Positions 38,192 through 46,933 of a stretch of DNA of 52,841 bases are shown one piece after another. The stretch is from Rhodobacterales bacterium (GTDB lineage Bacteria > Pseudomonadota > Alphaproteobacteria > Rhodobacterales > Rhodobacteraceae): NCBI GenBank assembly GCA_031361245.1, contig JANMCI010000126.1:1-52841 (forward strand). Direction: 5' to 3'. Both the position numbers and the translations under genes were made by a program. The notes under the pieces are model-generated. The model was not told where the DNA came from and did not search any database. It saw only the letters and a program-made list of their open reading frames with translations. Numbering within the stretch: position 1 is the first letter of the stretch; every line of letters starts with the position of its first letter.

Positions 38192-39604
38192 ATGATGAGC
38201 GCAGTTGCGAAAGCTCTGAAACTGATCAAGGACGAGGACGTCGAATACGTCGACATCCGCTTTACCGACCCCAAGGGCAAGCTGCAGCATGTGACGCTGG
38301 TGTCTGACCTTGTGGATGAGGACTTCTTTGAAGAAGGCTTCATGTTCGACGGCTCCTCCATTGCTGGCTGGAAGTCGATCGATCAGTCGGACATGAAGCT
38401 GATGCCGGATGCGACCTCGGTCTATATGGACCCGTTCTATGCCGAAAAGACGCTGTGCGTGCATTGCGACGTGGTCGAGCCGGACACGGGTGAGACCTAT
38501 GACCGTTGCCCGCGCGGCGTGGCGCTGAAGGCGGAGGCGTACCTCAAGTCGTCGGGCGTCGGTGATACGGCCTACTTTGGCCCGGAAGCAGAGTTCTTCA
38601 TTTTCGACGACGTCCGTTACACCGTGACGCCGCGCAAGGTGGCCTATGAGATCGACGCGGAAGCGGCGGCGTGGAACACGGATGCCTCCTATGAGGGCGG
38701 CAACCTGGCCCATCGCGCGGGCCACAAGGGCGGCTATTTCCCGGTGAACCCGATCGACGAGGCGCAGGATCTGCGCGGCGAGATGCTGTCCACGATGAAG
38801 CGGATGGGCATCAAGGTCGACAAGCATCACCACGAGGTGGCGACTTGCCAGCACGAGTTGGGGATGATCTTTGGCGGTCTGGTCGAGCAGGCCGACAACA
38901 TCCAGAAGTACAAGTATGTCATCCACAACGTCGCGGCCGCCTATGGCAAGACCGTGACCTTCATGCCCAAGCCCATGAAGGGCGACAACGGGTCGGGGAT
39001 GCATGTCAACATGTCGATCTGGAAGGGCGGCAAGCCGCTGTTCGCGGGCGACAAGTATGCCGACCTGAGTCAGGAAGCGCTGTACTTCATTGGCGGCATC
39101 CAGACGCATGCCAAGGCGCTGAATGCGCTGACCACCCCGGGCACCAACCGCTACAAGCGGCTGATCCCGGGCTTTGAGGCGCCGGTGCTGCGCGCCTATT
39201 CGGCTCGTAACCGGTCGGGCTGCGTTCGTATTCCGTGGACTGAATCGCCGAAAGCCAAGCGCGTCGAGGCCCGTTTCCCCGATCCGTCGGCGAACCCCTA
39301 CCTGGCCTTTGCCGCCCTGGTGATGGCCGGTCTGGACGGGATCAAGAACAAGATCGATCCGGGTCCGGCGTCTGACAAGGATCTTTATGATCTGCCGCCC
39401 GAAGAGCTGGCTTCGATTCCGACGGTTTGCGGCAGCTTGCGTGAAGCGCTGGAAGAGCTGGGCAAGGACATGGACTTCCTGCTGGCCGGGGGTGTGTTCA
39501 CCCGTGACATGCTGGAAAGCTACATGGCGCTGAAGTGGGAAGAGGTTTACGCCTATGAACACACGCCGCATCCGGTGGAATACCAGATGTACTACTCCTG
39601 CTGA
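38192..39604 (+). CDS. glnA: Glutamine synthetase type I
   Basis: FDGSSI, GPEAEFF, HHHEVA, DNGSGMH, NRSGCVRIP, DLYDLP adenylylation site. Confidence 0.98.
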   Translation: MMSAVAKALKLIKDEDVEYVDIRFTDPKGKLQHVTLVSDLVDEDFFEEGFMFDGSSIAGWKSIDQSDMKLMPDATSVYMDPFYAEKTLCVHCDVVEPDTGETYDRCPRGVALKAEAYLKSSGVGDTAYFGPEAEFFIFDDVRYTVTPRKVAYEIDAEAAAWNTDASYEGGNLAHRAGHKGGYFPVNPIDEAQDLRGEMLSTMKRMGIKVDKHHHEVATCQHELGMIFGGLVEQADNIQKYKYVIHNVAAAYGKTVTFMPKPMKGDNGSGMHVNMSIWKGGKPLFAGDKYADLSQEALYFIGGIQTHAKALNALTTPGTNRYKRLIPGFEAPVLRAYSARNRSGCVRIPWTESPKAKRVEARFPDPSANPYLAFAALVMAGLDGIKNKIDPGPASDKDLYDLPPEELASIPTVCGSLREALEELGKDMDFLLAGGVFTRDMLESYMALKWEEVYAYEHTPHPVEYQMYYSC

Positions 39605-39610
39605 GACGGC

Positions 39611-39681
39611 GGCGGGGTGACCCCCGCCCTGCCAGACCCAGTCGCCCCCGGCCCGGATGCGGGTCGGGGGCGGTTGCATTT
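39611..39681 (+). terminator. Two GC-rich hairpins after glnA
   Basis: GGCGGGG-TGAC-CCCCGCC (39611-39628) and CGCCCCCGGCCCG-GATG-CGGGTCGGGGGCG (39643-39672), followed by GTTGCATTT. Confidence 0.7.
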
Positions 39682-39788
39682 CGGGGGATGTCCCACGCGC
39701 GGACACCGGAAAAATTAACCAGATTGCAGGACTCTGTTAACGTCCGTTCACCGGATTTCAACCGATCTGTGCCGGACCGGACCGAATC

Positions 39789-39826
39789 GGTGTCTGGTTC
39801 AGGGGGAGGTGTCTGGTTCAGGGGGA
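39789..39826. repeat. Perfect 19-bp tandem duplication
   Basis: GGTGTCTGGTTCAGGGGGA at 39789-39807 and 39808-39826; the second unit contains the protease stop codon. Confidence 0.9.
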
Positions 39827-40582
39827 AAGGATCGCGCGCAGGATCGCGAGGCGGGGGGCGACGGGGAGGATGAGGACTTCCCTGCCCTTAACCCGGGTGC
39901 CGACGCTGGTCGAGACCAGCGCCACAAGGTCGTGGCCGCCGCTGATCACGGCAGGCGCGCCGGACAGTCCGGGAACCACGTCGCAGCCCATCAGCTTGGC
40001 CCCCAGTTCGTCGGAAAGGAAGGGGCAACCCGTGCGGATCGAGGCCATCAGGGGGCGGTCGCGGCCGTAGCCGACGATATCAACGCCGAGGGCCCCTGCG
40101 GGCCAGTCCACCACGGTCAGCGGCGTCGCCTCGGCCGCAGTGACAGCCCGGTCAAGCTTGAGCAGGGCCATGTCATGGGGGATCGACGGCAGATCGGCCT
40201 CGATCCCGACATAGACATAGCCCGGCAGGATCGCCACCGCGGACACCCTGACCAGCGCGGCATAGCTGTCGCGGCGGAAACCCGCGACAAAGCGGATATC
40301 GCCCGGACCGGCACGGTGGCGGGTGACGGGGTGAAAGAGGCAATGGGCGGCGGTGATCACTTCGTCCGGGCTGATCAGAGTGCCGGTGCAGGCGCGGTTG
40401 CCGGCGATGTTCAGCCGACCCACGGCGCGCCAGAGCGGTGCCTCGTCGTCGGTGATCATGCGCTGGTCCGTGGCCTGCGTCGGGGCCTGCGTCGGGGCGG
40501 GCGACTGGCACTGGGCGGGCGCGGCAAGGCCGATCAGCGCAACCGCCAGTCCCATGATCCCGTGCATCATGCGGTTCGCCAT
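39818..40582 (-). CDS. Secreted trypsin-like serine protease
   Basis: Signal peptide; CTGTLI..ITAAHC, DMALLKL, PGLSGAP. Confidence 0.92.
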   Translation of the reverse strand: MANRMMHGIMGLAVALIGLAAPAQCQSPAPTQAPTQATDQRMITDDEAPLWRAVGRLNIAGNRACTGTLISPDEVITAAHCLFHPVTRHRAGPGDIRFVAGFRRDSYAALVRVSAVAILPGYVYVGIEADLPSIPHDMALLKLDRAVTAAEATPLTVVDWPAGALGVDIVGYGRDRPLMASIRTGCPFLSDELGAKLMGCDVVPGLSGAPAVISGGHDLVALVSTSVGTRVKGREVLILPVAPRLAILRAILSP

Positions 40583-40672
40583 GTGATCCCTGCCCCTTTC
40601 CTTGCCTCTTCCGCCGGGCGCACGCCCCGCCGGTCGCGGAAGGTCCGGGTTCTGCCCGGCCGGCCCTCTCGT

Positions 40673-41416
40673 CTAGCCCCCCTGTCCCTGACGCGCGATC
40701 AGGTCACGCAATTCCGCCAGACGGGGAGCGATGGCCACGACATAGGCCTCTCCCTGTCCGCGCGAAGAAACGCTGGCGACCAGCTGGGGCGGATCGGCCG
40801 GGTCTTGCTGCAGCAGAACGGGCGAGCCGGACAGACCGGTGATCACGTCACAGGTCACCACGGTAACGCCGTCGCCTGTCTTGATGGCCATGCAACCCTC
40901 GCGGATCGTGGCGGAAGCGGGGCCGTCACGCTCATACCCGATGATGTCGACAAAGGCGCCGATGGGATCGGGCCAACTGGCGACAACAAGGGGCGTTGCT
41001 TCATCTGCCCCGACCGGCATGTCCAGTTCCAGAAGTGCCAGATCCGTGGAAAGGCCGTAAAGGTCGATGATCGGTTCGGGCGAAACAAAGCCCGGCAGAA
41101 ACGCCACTGCCGTGACCTTGCGCACGGCGGCAAAGCCCTCTGCGCGCTGGCCAAGGACCAGGATAAAAGACGCCGGAAAGACCCGCTTGCCCGTGGCACG
41201 GTCCACGACGCAGTGCGCCGCCGTGATCGCCTCGACATCCGAGATCAAAACAGCTGTGCAAGACCGCTTGCCGAAGACGCGCAACGATCCGACGGCACGC
41301 CACCTTGGGGCTTCGTCCGCGCTGACAAGACGCTGGGTGACCTTGTCGGAAGCCGCCGGTACGGCCACGGCAATCCCGACCACAAGCAGAGCCAACGCCA
41401 ATCCGCGTCTTGTCAT
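40673..41416 (-). CDS. Secreted trypsin-like serine protease (paralog)
   Basis: GAGGAG RBS, signal peptide MTRRGLALALL; CTAVLI..ITAAHC, DLALLEL, TGLSGSP. Confidence 0.92.
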   Translation of the reverse strand: MTRRGLALALLVVGIAVAVPAASDKVTQRLVSADEAPRWRAVGSLRVFGKRSCTAVLISDVEAITAAHCVVDRATGKRVFPASFILVLGQRAEGFAAVRKVTAVAFLPGFVSPEPIIDLYGLSTDLALLELDMPVGADEATPLVVASWPDPIGAFVDIIGYERDGPASATIREGCMAIKTGDGVTVVTCDVITGLSGSPVLLQQDPADPPQLVASVSSRGQGEAYVVAIAPRLAELRDLIARQGQGG

Positions 41417-41599
41417 GCCGCTCTCTCCTCTAGCCTTCGCTAGTGCCCCTGAGGCTAGGCCCTGCGGAACGGTCCTGTCAATCTCGGCATACTCTCGCCG
41501 ATCGCGCGCCTTGAGGAAGCTTGCCCCGCAATTGCCGCGAAGTTGACGCCCCGCCGCCCCGATTGCGACGATACTGGCCTCAATTTGACGGAGACTTTG

Positions 41600-42334
41600 A
41601 TGACAATGCCTGAACGCAGCAAGCGCTTTCAATTCTCTGATGCACCCCAGGGTGCACAGCGTCCCAAGATCTGGGTCGAAGGCCATCAGCGTCCGAATTT
41701 CAACCTCAAGGCCTATGTCGTGGTCGCTCTTGGCATGGCCAAGCGCGGGCTGGCCCCGGAAATTCTGGATGCAGAGGAGCGGCTGACGCGCTTGGGGCTG
41801 AGGGTGGCCAATGGCGAACTGCGGGCCAATCTGGACTGGGCGGGCCGGGCGCAGCGTGTGGTGCCGTCGCATCAGACGGTGGGGCGTCTTGTGACCGGAC
41901 TGGCCGCGATGTTTGCGGGCGCACGTATGCTTCTTGCGCCCGTCGAGGCTGAAGGCGCGGAGCCGGCCCGTTTGGGCGTTGGACGTCGCCAAGTTCTCCC
42001 CTTGCCCACATCAGCAGCCGACATCCCGGCGCCGCGCCCGTCAATGCCTGACAGCGAACCCACGTTGCACGCAATCCGCAGCGCGATCAGCACCGCCCCG
42101 CATTATGCCGGGCTTGACCAGATCCCCGCGACGATCATTCGACCGGCAACGGAACGGCCGGTCGTGCGGGAGGAGGATACGGGTTCGGGACTGTTGGCCA
42201 GACTGAAACACCTGGTCTGGCAGCTGTCGTGCCAAAGCTTGCTGGGTATCCTGCTGGTGTTTGCGATTCCAGCCGGGGCAATCAAGGCAATCATGTTCCA
42301 TCTGGACGGTGGGGACCTGACGGACTGGTCCTGA
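41600..42334 (+). CDS. Hypothetical protein with a C-terminal membrane segment
   Basis: GGAG RBS at 41590; 244 aa; Pro-rich linker; hydrophobic C-terminus LLGILLVFAIPAGAIKAIMFHLDGGDL. Confidence 0.7.
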   Translation: MTMPERSKRFQFSDAPQGAQRPKIWVEGHQRPNFNLKAYVVVALGMAKRGLAPEILDAEERLTRLGLRVANGELRANLDWAGRAQRVVPSHQTVGRLVTGLAAMFAGARMLLAPVEAEGAEPARLGVGRRQVLPLPTSAADIPAPRPSMPDSEPTLHAIRSAISTAPHYAGLDQIPATIIRPATERPVVREEDTGSGLLARLKHLVWQLSCQSLLGILLVFAIPAGAIKAIMFHLDGGDLTDWS

Positions 42335-42495
42335 TCGTTCACCCATCGGCACCAATACAGGGAGAACGACCCTACTGTATTTGTGGCGGAAATAAAGCGA
42401 CCGAAACGGCTAATTTCTTGTAAATACCTTAGTTGTTTCCAGTTACGATCACAATCGCACTCCATCTTTGAGGCTGTCTAAGAAGGAGAAACAAC

Positions 42496-43527
42496 ATGCT
42501 ATCCTCAGATCTTAGTACGATCGCACAACTTCTATACCCCGACGCCCAGACATTCGATTTCGCACGGATCGTGTCGGACCTTGAAGCGGTGCTGCGGCGC
42601 CTGCGCGGCATTGAAATCGAGATCACATGGGATTGCGATGACTTTGTCACCTTTGAAGTCCCGCAAACCCGCATCCTGCTTTCGTGGTGTGAGGCGGGCA
42701 CGGCTCAGGTGACCGGTTGTCTGACGATTTCGGTGGGGCCGGGCGGTACCGCAAGCAAGAAGTCGGGCAGGCCCAAGTATGAGGTGATGTGCAGCCGGCT
42801 GGTTGAGCGCATCCAAAGCCGGTTTCCGGCTGACAGTGTGCTTTGGAGTCAGGTTGGCCGTCCGGTTGACGCAGCTTATCTGGGCGAACTGCTGGATACG
42901 CTGCCCGGCGCGGGCAGCGCCAACCTGCCCCCGATCGACAGCATTCTGGACACCCTGTCGCGCGCTGATCTGCATATGGCCGGGCTGCGCTACAAGGTGC
43001 CGCATCCCCGCTCGATCGGCACGCCGGAATTGTCGCGACTGGCCATGGATCCTGCCGCGATTGCCGCCGAGGATGACGCCAGGTTGACCCCTGTCGAACT
43101 GGCCGAAGCGCCCGAGACCCCTCAGCGACTGATCCTTGTTCCGCTCGGCATGAGCGAACGCGCCTTGGTTCCCGAGTTTGAAGCGGTCGCCAATGACCGG
43201 CCAGATCTGCCGCAAGAAAAGAGTGTCGAGCTGACCCGGTTGCGGGCTGCCCTTTATCCGGCGTCCGAGCCTGAAACCGCGGTCAAGAGCGTGGAAGACG
43301 GCAGCGTGGTCTATTCGACGCAGATGAGGCTTGCGGCCCATTGCATGAACGCGACGCTGATCGTGGTCTGGGCGCCGCTGGGGGCTGCGGTGATGACCTA
43401 TTCGCTGCTGAAGGGTGAGGACATGCGGTTGTCGTCGCGCCTGATGGCGGTGGCGGGCACGCTCTTTGCCCTCGCGCATTCGCCGGTGGGTGAGACGGTT
43501 GCGGCCATGGCAAAGGGTCTGAGCTAA
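42496..43527 (+). CDS. Hypothetical protein with C-terminal membrane segments
   Basis: Strong AAGGAG RBS; 343 aa; C-terminus LIVVWAPLGAAVMTYSLLKGEDMRL..MAVAGTLFAL. Confidence 0.8.
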   Translation: MLSSDLSTIAQLLYPDAQTFDFARIVSDLEAVLRRLRGIEIEITWDCDDFVTFEVPQTRILLSWCEAGTAQVTGCLTISVGPGGTASKKSGRPKYEVMCSRLVERIQSRFPADSVLWSQVGRPVDAAYLGELLDTLPGAGSANLPPIDSILDTLSRADLHMAGLRYKVPHPRSIGTPELSRLAMDPAAIAAEDDARLTPVELAEAPETPQRLILVPLGMSERALVPEFEAVANDRPDLPQEKSVELTRLRAALYPASEPETAVKSVEDGSVVYSTQMRLAAHCMNATLIVVWAPLGAAVMTYSLLKGEDMRLSSRLMAVAGTLFALAHSPVGETVAAMAKGLS

Positions 43528-44303
43528 AGTCGCGCGGCGTCCAGACCAAGACGCTCGGCCGGGGTCAGGCTGTCCAGCCGCACGACATAGGTGTGGATGG
43601 CAAAGAGCACTGCCCCGGTGCGCGGCAGCCTGACGAAGGTCTGCCGTTCGGCGCGCAGATACTGGCCAGAACGCCGGTCAACGCGCGGCGCGCCCTCGAA
43701 ACCGGGCTGATGCAGATCCGGGTTGACATAGACAAGGGCGTTCATCCGCCACAGCGGCTGGTCGGGTCGGATCACGTCGAACATGCGCTGCACCCGGCGG
43801 GCGAGGTCGTCCTCATAGACGGCGACGGTGCGGTGGATGCCGGTCAGGGGGCGGCCGAGCTTTTCAGACAGCGCCCAGCTGGACGGAAAACACAGGCACG
43901 CCCCGGTCAGGACATGCTGGTCGCCCTGTTTCTCCATCAGGCAGAGGTCTTCCTGCACGAGACGCCCCAGTGTCGCAAGCGGCCGGCTGCGGTCCAATGG
44001 GACGGTCATGCCATCCGGACGGGTCACGCTGTCTGCCGCGACATGGTAACCCGCGGCCGACGACAGCTGCGACAGGATCACGTCGAAAAGCTCTTCGGCG
44101 GCGGGCAAACCGCTGGGCAACTGGCCCAGAACGACATCGGCTTTTTCGGCGATGAGCCGATCCCGCAAAGCCATTTGCCCGTCGAAGGCATCGTCGAGTT
44201 GCAGCCATGTGGTCTCCTGAACCGGCATGACGCCGGGAAGGCGCGCCGTTCTTGCATCCATCCAGGGAGCCAGCGGCAGACGAGATTGCAGGATCGGGGT
44301 CAT
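43524..44303 (-). CDS. Heme-dependent oxidative N-demethylase family protein (DUF3445/HDOD)
   Basis: LVQEDLCLM, LCFPSSWALSEKLGRPL..IH, WRMN, YLRAERQTFVRLPRTGAVLFAIHTY. Confidence 0.9.
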   Translation of the reverse strand: MTPILQSRLPLAPWMDARTARLPGVMPVQETTWLQLDDAFDGQMALRDRLIAEKADVVLGQLPSGLPAAEELFDVILSQLSSAAGYHVAADSVTRPDGMTVPLDRSRPLATLGRLVQEDLCLMEKQGDQHVLTGACLCFPSSWALSEKLGRPLTGIHRTVAVYEDDLARRVQRMFDVIRPDQPLWRMNALVYVNPDLHQPGFEGAPRVDRRSGQYLRAERQTFVRLPRTGAVLFAIHTYVVRLDSLTPAERLGLDAARL

Positions 44304-44451
44304 GGGGGTGTCCGGTGTGCAGGGGGTCGCAGCCAAATCGCACATCTCCCCACCCGCCACAAGATTGCAGCCATTTTCGACATGCCCCGTCGCTGCTGGC
44401 AAAGCCAGAGGCGAAACCATCGGAAAATCATCGGGGTCTATGGAGGTCCAC

Positions 44452-45792
44452 ATGACCCAGCCCTTTTCTGCAACCCGCAAGATTGATCCCAACCGCGGCG
44501 CACGGCTTGCCGACGGCAGTCCCAATGACAACGACCGCATCGAGATCGGGCCGACCCAGCTGGCATTCAGCGAATGGCAGGCGGCAGGGCTGACCCCGCC
44601 CGATCTGGAGCGGATGCGGGAATTCCGCTGGCGTCGACTGGTCGACGGTGTCGTGGCACGGGACTATGCCGGCATCCTGATGTTTGACCCGCTGAACATC
44701 CGCTATGCCACCGACACCACCAACATGCAGCTGTGGAACACCCACAACCCGTTCAGGGCCTGTCTGGTCTGTGCAGATGGTCACATGGTGGTTTGGGAGT
44801 ACAAGAATTCGCCGTTCCTCGTCACCTTCAACCCGCTGGTAAAGGAATTGCGCTCGGGTGCGTCGTTCTTTTACATGGTCTCGGGCGACAGCTCTGAGGC
44901 CAGTGCCCACAGTTTTGCCGGACAGGTCGACGAGGTGCTGCGCGCCCATGGCGGCGGGAACCGCCGGCTGGCCGTCGACAAGATCCAGATTCACGGACTG
45001 CGCGCGCTGGAGGCCATTGGCATCGAGGTGATGGAAGGCGAGGAGCTGACCGAGCGGGTCCGCGCCATCAAGGGGCCCGATGACATCGCGGCAATGCGCT
45101 GCGCCCATCACGCCTGCAACTCTGCCATCGCCGAGATGGAGGCTTTCACGCGCACCAACGTGCCGAATGGCACCGTGTCCGAGAATGCCATCTGGGCGGA
45201 GCTTCACGCCGGCAATATCCGGCGCGGCGGGGAATGGATCGAGACCCGCCTGCTGGCCTCGGGGCGGCGCACGAATCCATGGTTTCAGGAATGCGGCCCG
45301 CGGATCGTGCAGATGAACGAGATCGTGGCCTTTGATACCGATCTGATCGGCTGCTATGGCATGTGCATCGACATCTCGCGGACATGGTGGATCGGTGACC
45401 GGCGGCCGACCAACGCGATGATCTCTGCCATGCATCATGCGCGGGATCATATCCGGGAAAACATGAGCATGTTGCGCCCCGGGGTCAGCATCCACGATCT
45501 GGTCCACAAGGGCCACCAGCTGGATGCCAAGTACTGGAAGCAGAAATACTCCTGCAAGATGCACGGGGTGGGCCTGTGCGATGAATGGCCGCTGGTCAGC
45601 TACAGCGACAGCTGGGTCGAGGGGGCCTTTGATGCCGTGCTGGAGCCCGGCATGGCCATCTGCGTCGAGGCGCTGGTTTCCGAAGAGGGTGCCGATTTCT
45701 CGATCAAGCTAGAGGATCAGGTCCTGATCACCGAGGACGGGTTTGAAAACCTGACCAGCTATCCCTTTGACGCGGCCCTCATGGGGCAATGA
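44452..45792 (+). CDS. dddP: DMSP lyase DddP (M24B metallopeptidase fold), 446 aa
   Basis: N-terminal RKIDP..PNDNDRIEIGPTQLAF.EW characteristic of roseobacter DddP. Metal and catalytic motifs FDTDLIG, DISR, KY..MHGVGLCDEWP, CVEA, KLEDQ. GGAGG RBS. Confidence 0.92.
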   Translation: MTQPFSATRKIDPNRGARLADGSPNDNDRIEIGPTQLAFSEWQAAGLTPPDLERMREFRWRRLVDGVVARDYAGILMFDPLNIRYATDTTNMQLWNTHNPFRACLVCADGHMVVWEYKNSPFLVTFNPLVKELRSGASFFYMVSGDSSEASAHSFAGQVDEVLRAHGGGNRRLAVDKIQIHGLRALEAIGIEVMEGEELTERVRAIKGPDDIAAMRCAHHACNSAIAEMEAFTRTNVPNGTVSENAIWAELHAGNIRRGGEWIETRLLASGRRTNPWFQECGPRIVQMNEIVAFDTDLIGCYGMCIDISRTWWIGDRRPTNAMISAMHHARDHIRENMSMLRPGVSIHDLVHKGHQLDAKYWKQKYSCKMHGVGLCDEWPLVSYSDSWVEGAFDAVLEPGMAICVEALVSEEGADFSIKLEDQVLITEDGFENLTSYPFDAALMGQ

Positions 45793-45886
45793 AAGCGCCG
45801 CTTGGGGGTGCCATATTCATGCCACGGAGGTTTGAAAACGTGGCGCCGTCAAGCGACGACCACCCAGTCACAGGAGGATTTCGCCG

Positions 45887-46114
45887 ATGTTGCGCACCGC
45901 GATGTTGACCGTTATATGCCTTTTGACCGCCTGCGGACCGACGCGGTTTGAGCGGGCCCGGCCAATGATCGAGAATGCGGCAGGGGTCAACTGCACCGAA
46001 CGTGGCGGGCGGCTGGTGATCCGACAAAGCACCGCGGGCCAGAAGGGCTATTGCATGCTGCCGGATGGCCGTTCGCTGGATATCTGGGAGTTCTATCGGC
46101 AGACCAACGGCTGA
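45887..46114 (+). CDS. DUF333-family small lipoprotein
   Basis: AGGAGG RBS, lipobox LTAC, C.ERGG....GYCMLPDG....WEFYR. Confidence 0.85.
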   Translation: MLRTAMLTVICLLTACGPTRFERARPMIENAAGVNCTERGGRLVIRQSTAGQKGYCMLPDGRSLDIWEFYRQTNG

Positions 46115-46132
46115 TCGCCCAGCACCGACGCC

Positions 46133-46471
46133 TTAAGGAACGCGATGTCCCGAAGTAGTGCCGCCGTCGTCCGCCACAAAGCCTATGGTCTGACCATCCG
46201 GACTTTGCGTGACGACATAGCAGGCCCAGGTCTCGGACGGCGGCCAAGACGAGCAATAGCGGTCCTCGCGTACCGCCCAGCGGCCGGTGCTTTGACGGCC
46301 GTTGTCATAGATCGTGACCCCGCCGTCGCGAAACAGCTGGGTCGCACCGTCCTCATAAACAAGCTCCACGTCCGTCAACGCAGCCAAGATGGCCGCGCCG
46401 TCCAGCGGGGTGTCCTTGGCCAGAGCGGGACCGGCGAGCAGTGCCACGAGGGCACAAGCGGATAGCTTCAT
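46133..46471 (-). CDS. Small exported hypothetical protein
   Basis: Signal peptide; GRWAVREDRYCSSWPPSETWAC; GGAG RBS. Confidence 0.8.
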   Translation of the reverse strand: MKLSACALVALLAGPALAKDTPLDGAAILAALTDVELVYEDGATQLFRDGGVTIYDNGRQSTGRWAVREDRYCSSWPPSETWACYVVTQSPDGQTIGFVADDGGTTSGHRVP

Positions 46472-46480
46472 TATCGTCTC

Positions 46481-46840
46481 CTAATCTTGCAGCCTCTCGG
46501 CGATGACGGCGCGGCCTGCGTCATCGGTGAACCTGACCCACCGCCCATCGGGACTCGCCGCAACCAGATGGCAACGCCATTCTGCCGACGGCGGCCACAA
46601 CGCGCAATAAAGGTCGCCGCGGATGCGCCAGCGACCCTCGTTGGGCCAGCCGATGCGGTATTCGGTCAAGCCGCCATAGTTGAAGACCTGTTCGGACCCA
46701 TCGGGGTAGCGCAAGACGTGGCGCTCAAGGGTCTGGGTGATCTGCGGTCCCTGCAAGGGCCGCCAGTCCTGCGCGATGGCTGGCACCCCGGCCAGCGTCA
46801 CCAGTGCCAGAACCAGGGCTTTCGCGACACCCTGCCCCAT
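46481..46840 (-). CDS. Small exported hypothetical protein, paralog of 46133..46471
   Basis: AGGAGG RBS; signal peptide; GRWRIRGDLYCALWPPSAEWRC..ASPDG. Confidence 0.8.
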   Translation of the reverse strand: MGQGVAKALVLALVTLAGVPAIAQDWRPLQGPQITQTLERHVLRYPDGSEQVFNYGGLTEYRIGWPNEGRWRIRGDLYCALWPPSAEWRCHLVAASPDGRWVRFTDDAGRAVIAERLQD

Positions 46841-46933
46841 GGCGATCCTCCTTTGCGCCCTTGCCAAGCCTTGTCTTGGCCTTGCGCCCAGTCTAAGGCA
46901 GGCGCGCTTGCCCCGTCCATGAAAGGCTTCGTG

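Noticed and set aside
39809-41443. 544-aa plus-strand ORF
   Set aside because: It is antisense to the two proteases, which carry clear catalytic motifs.
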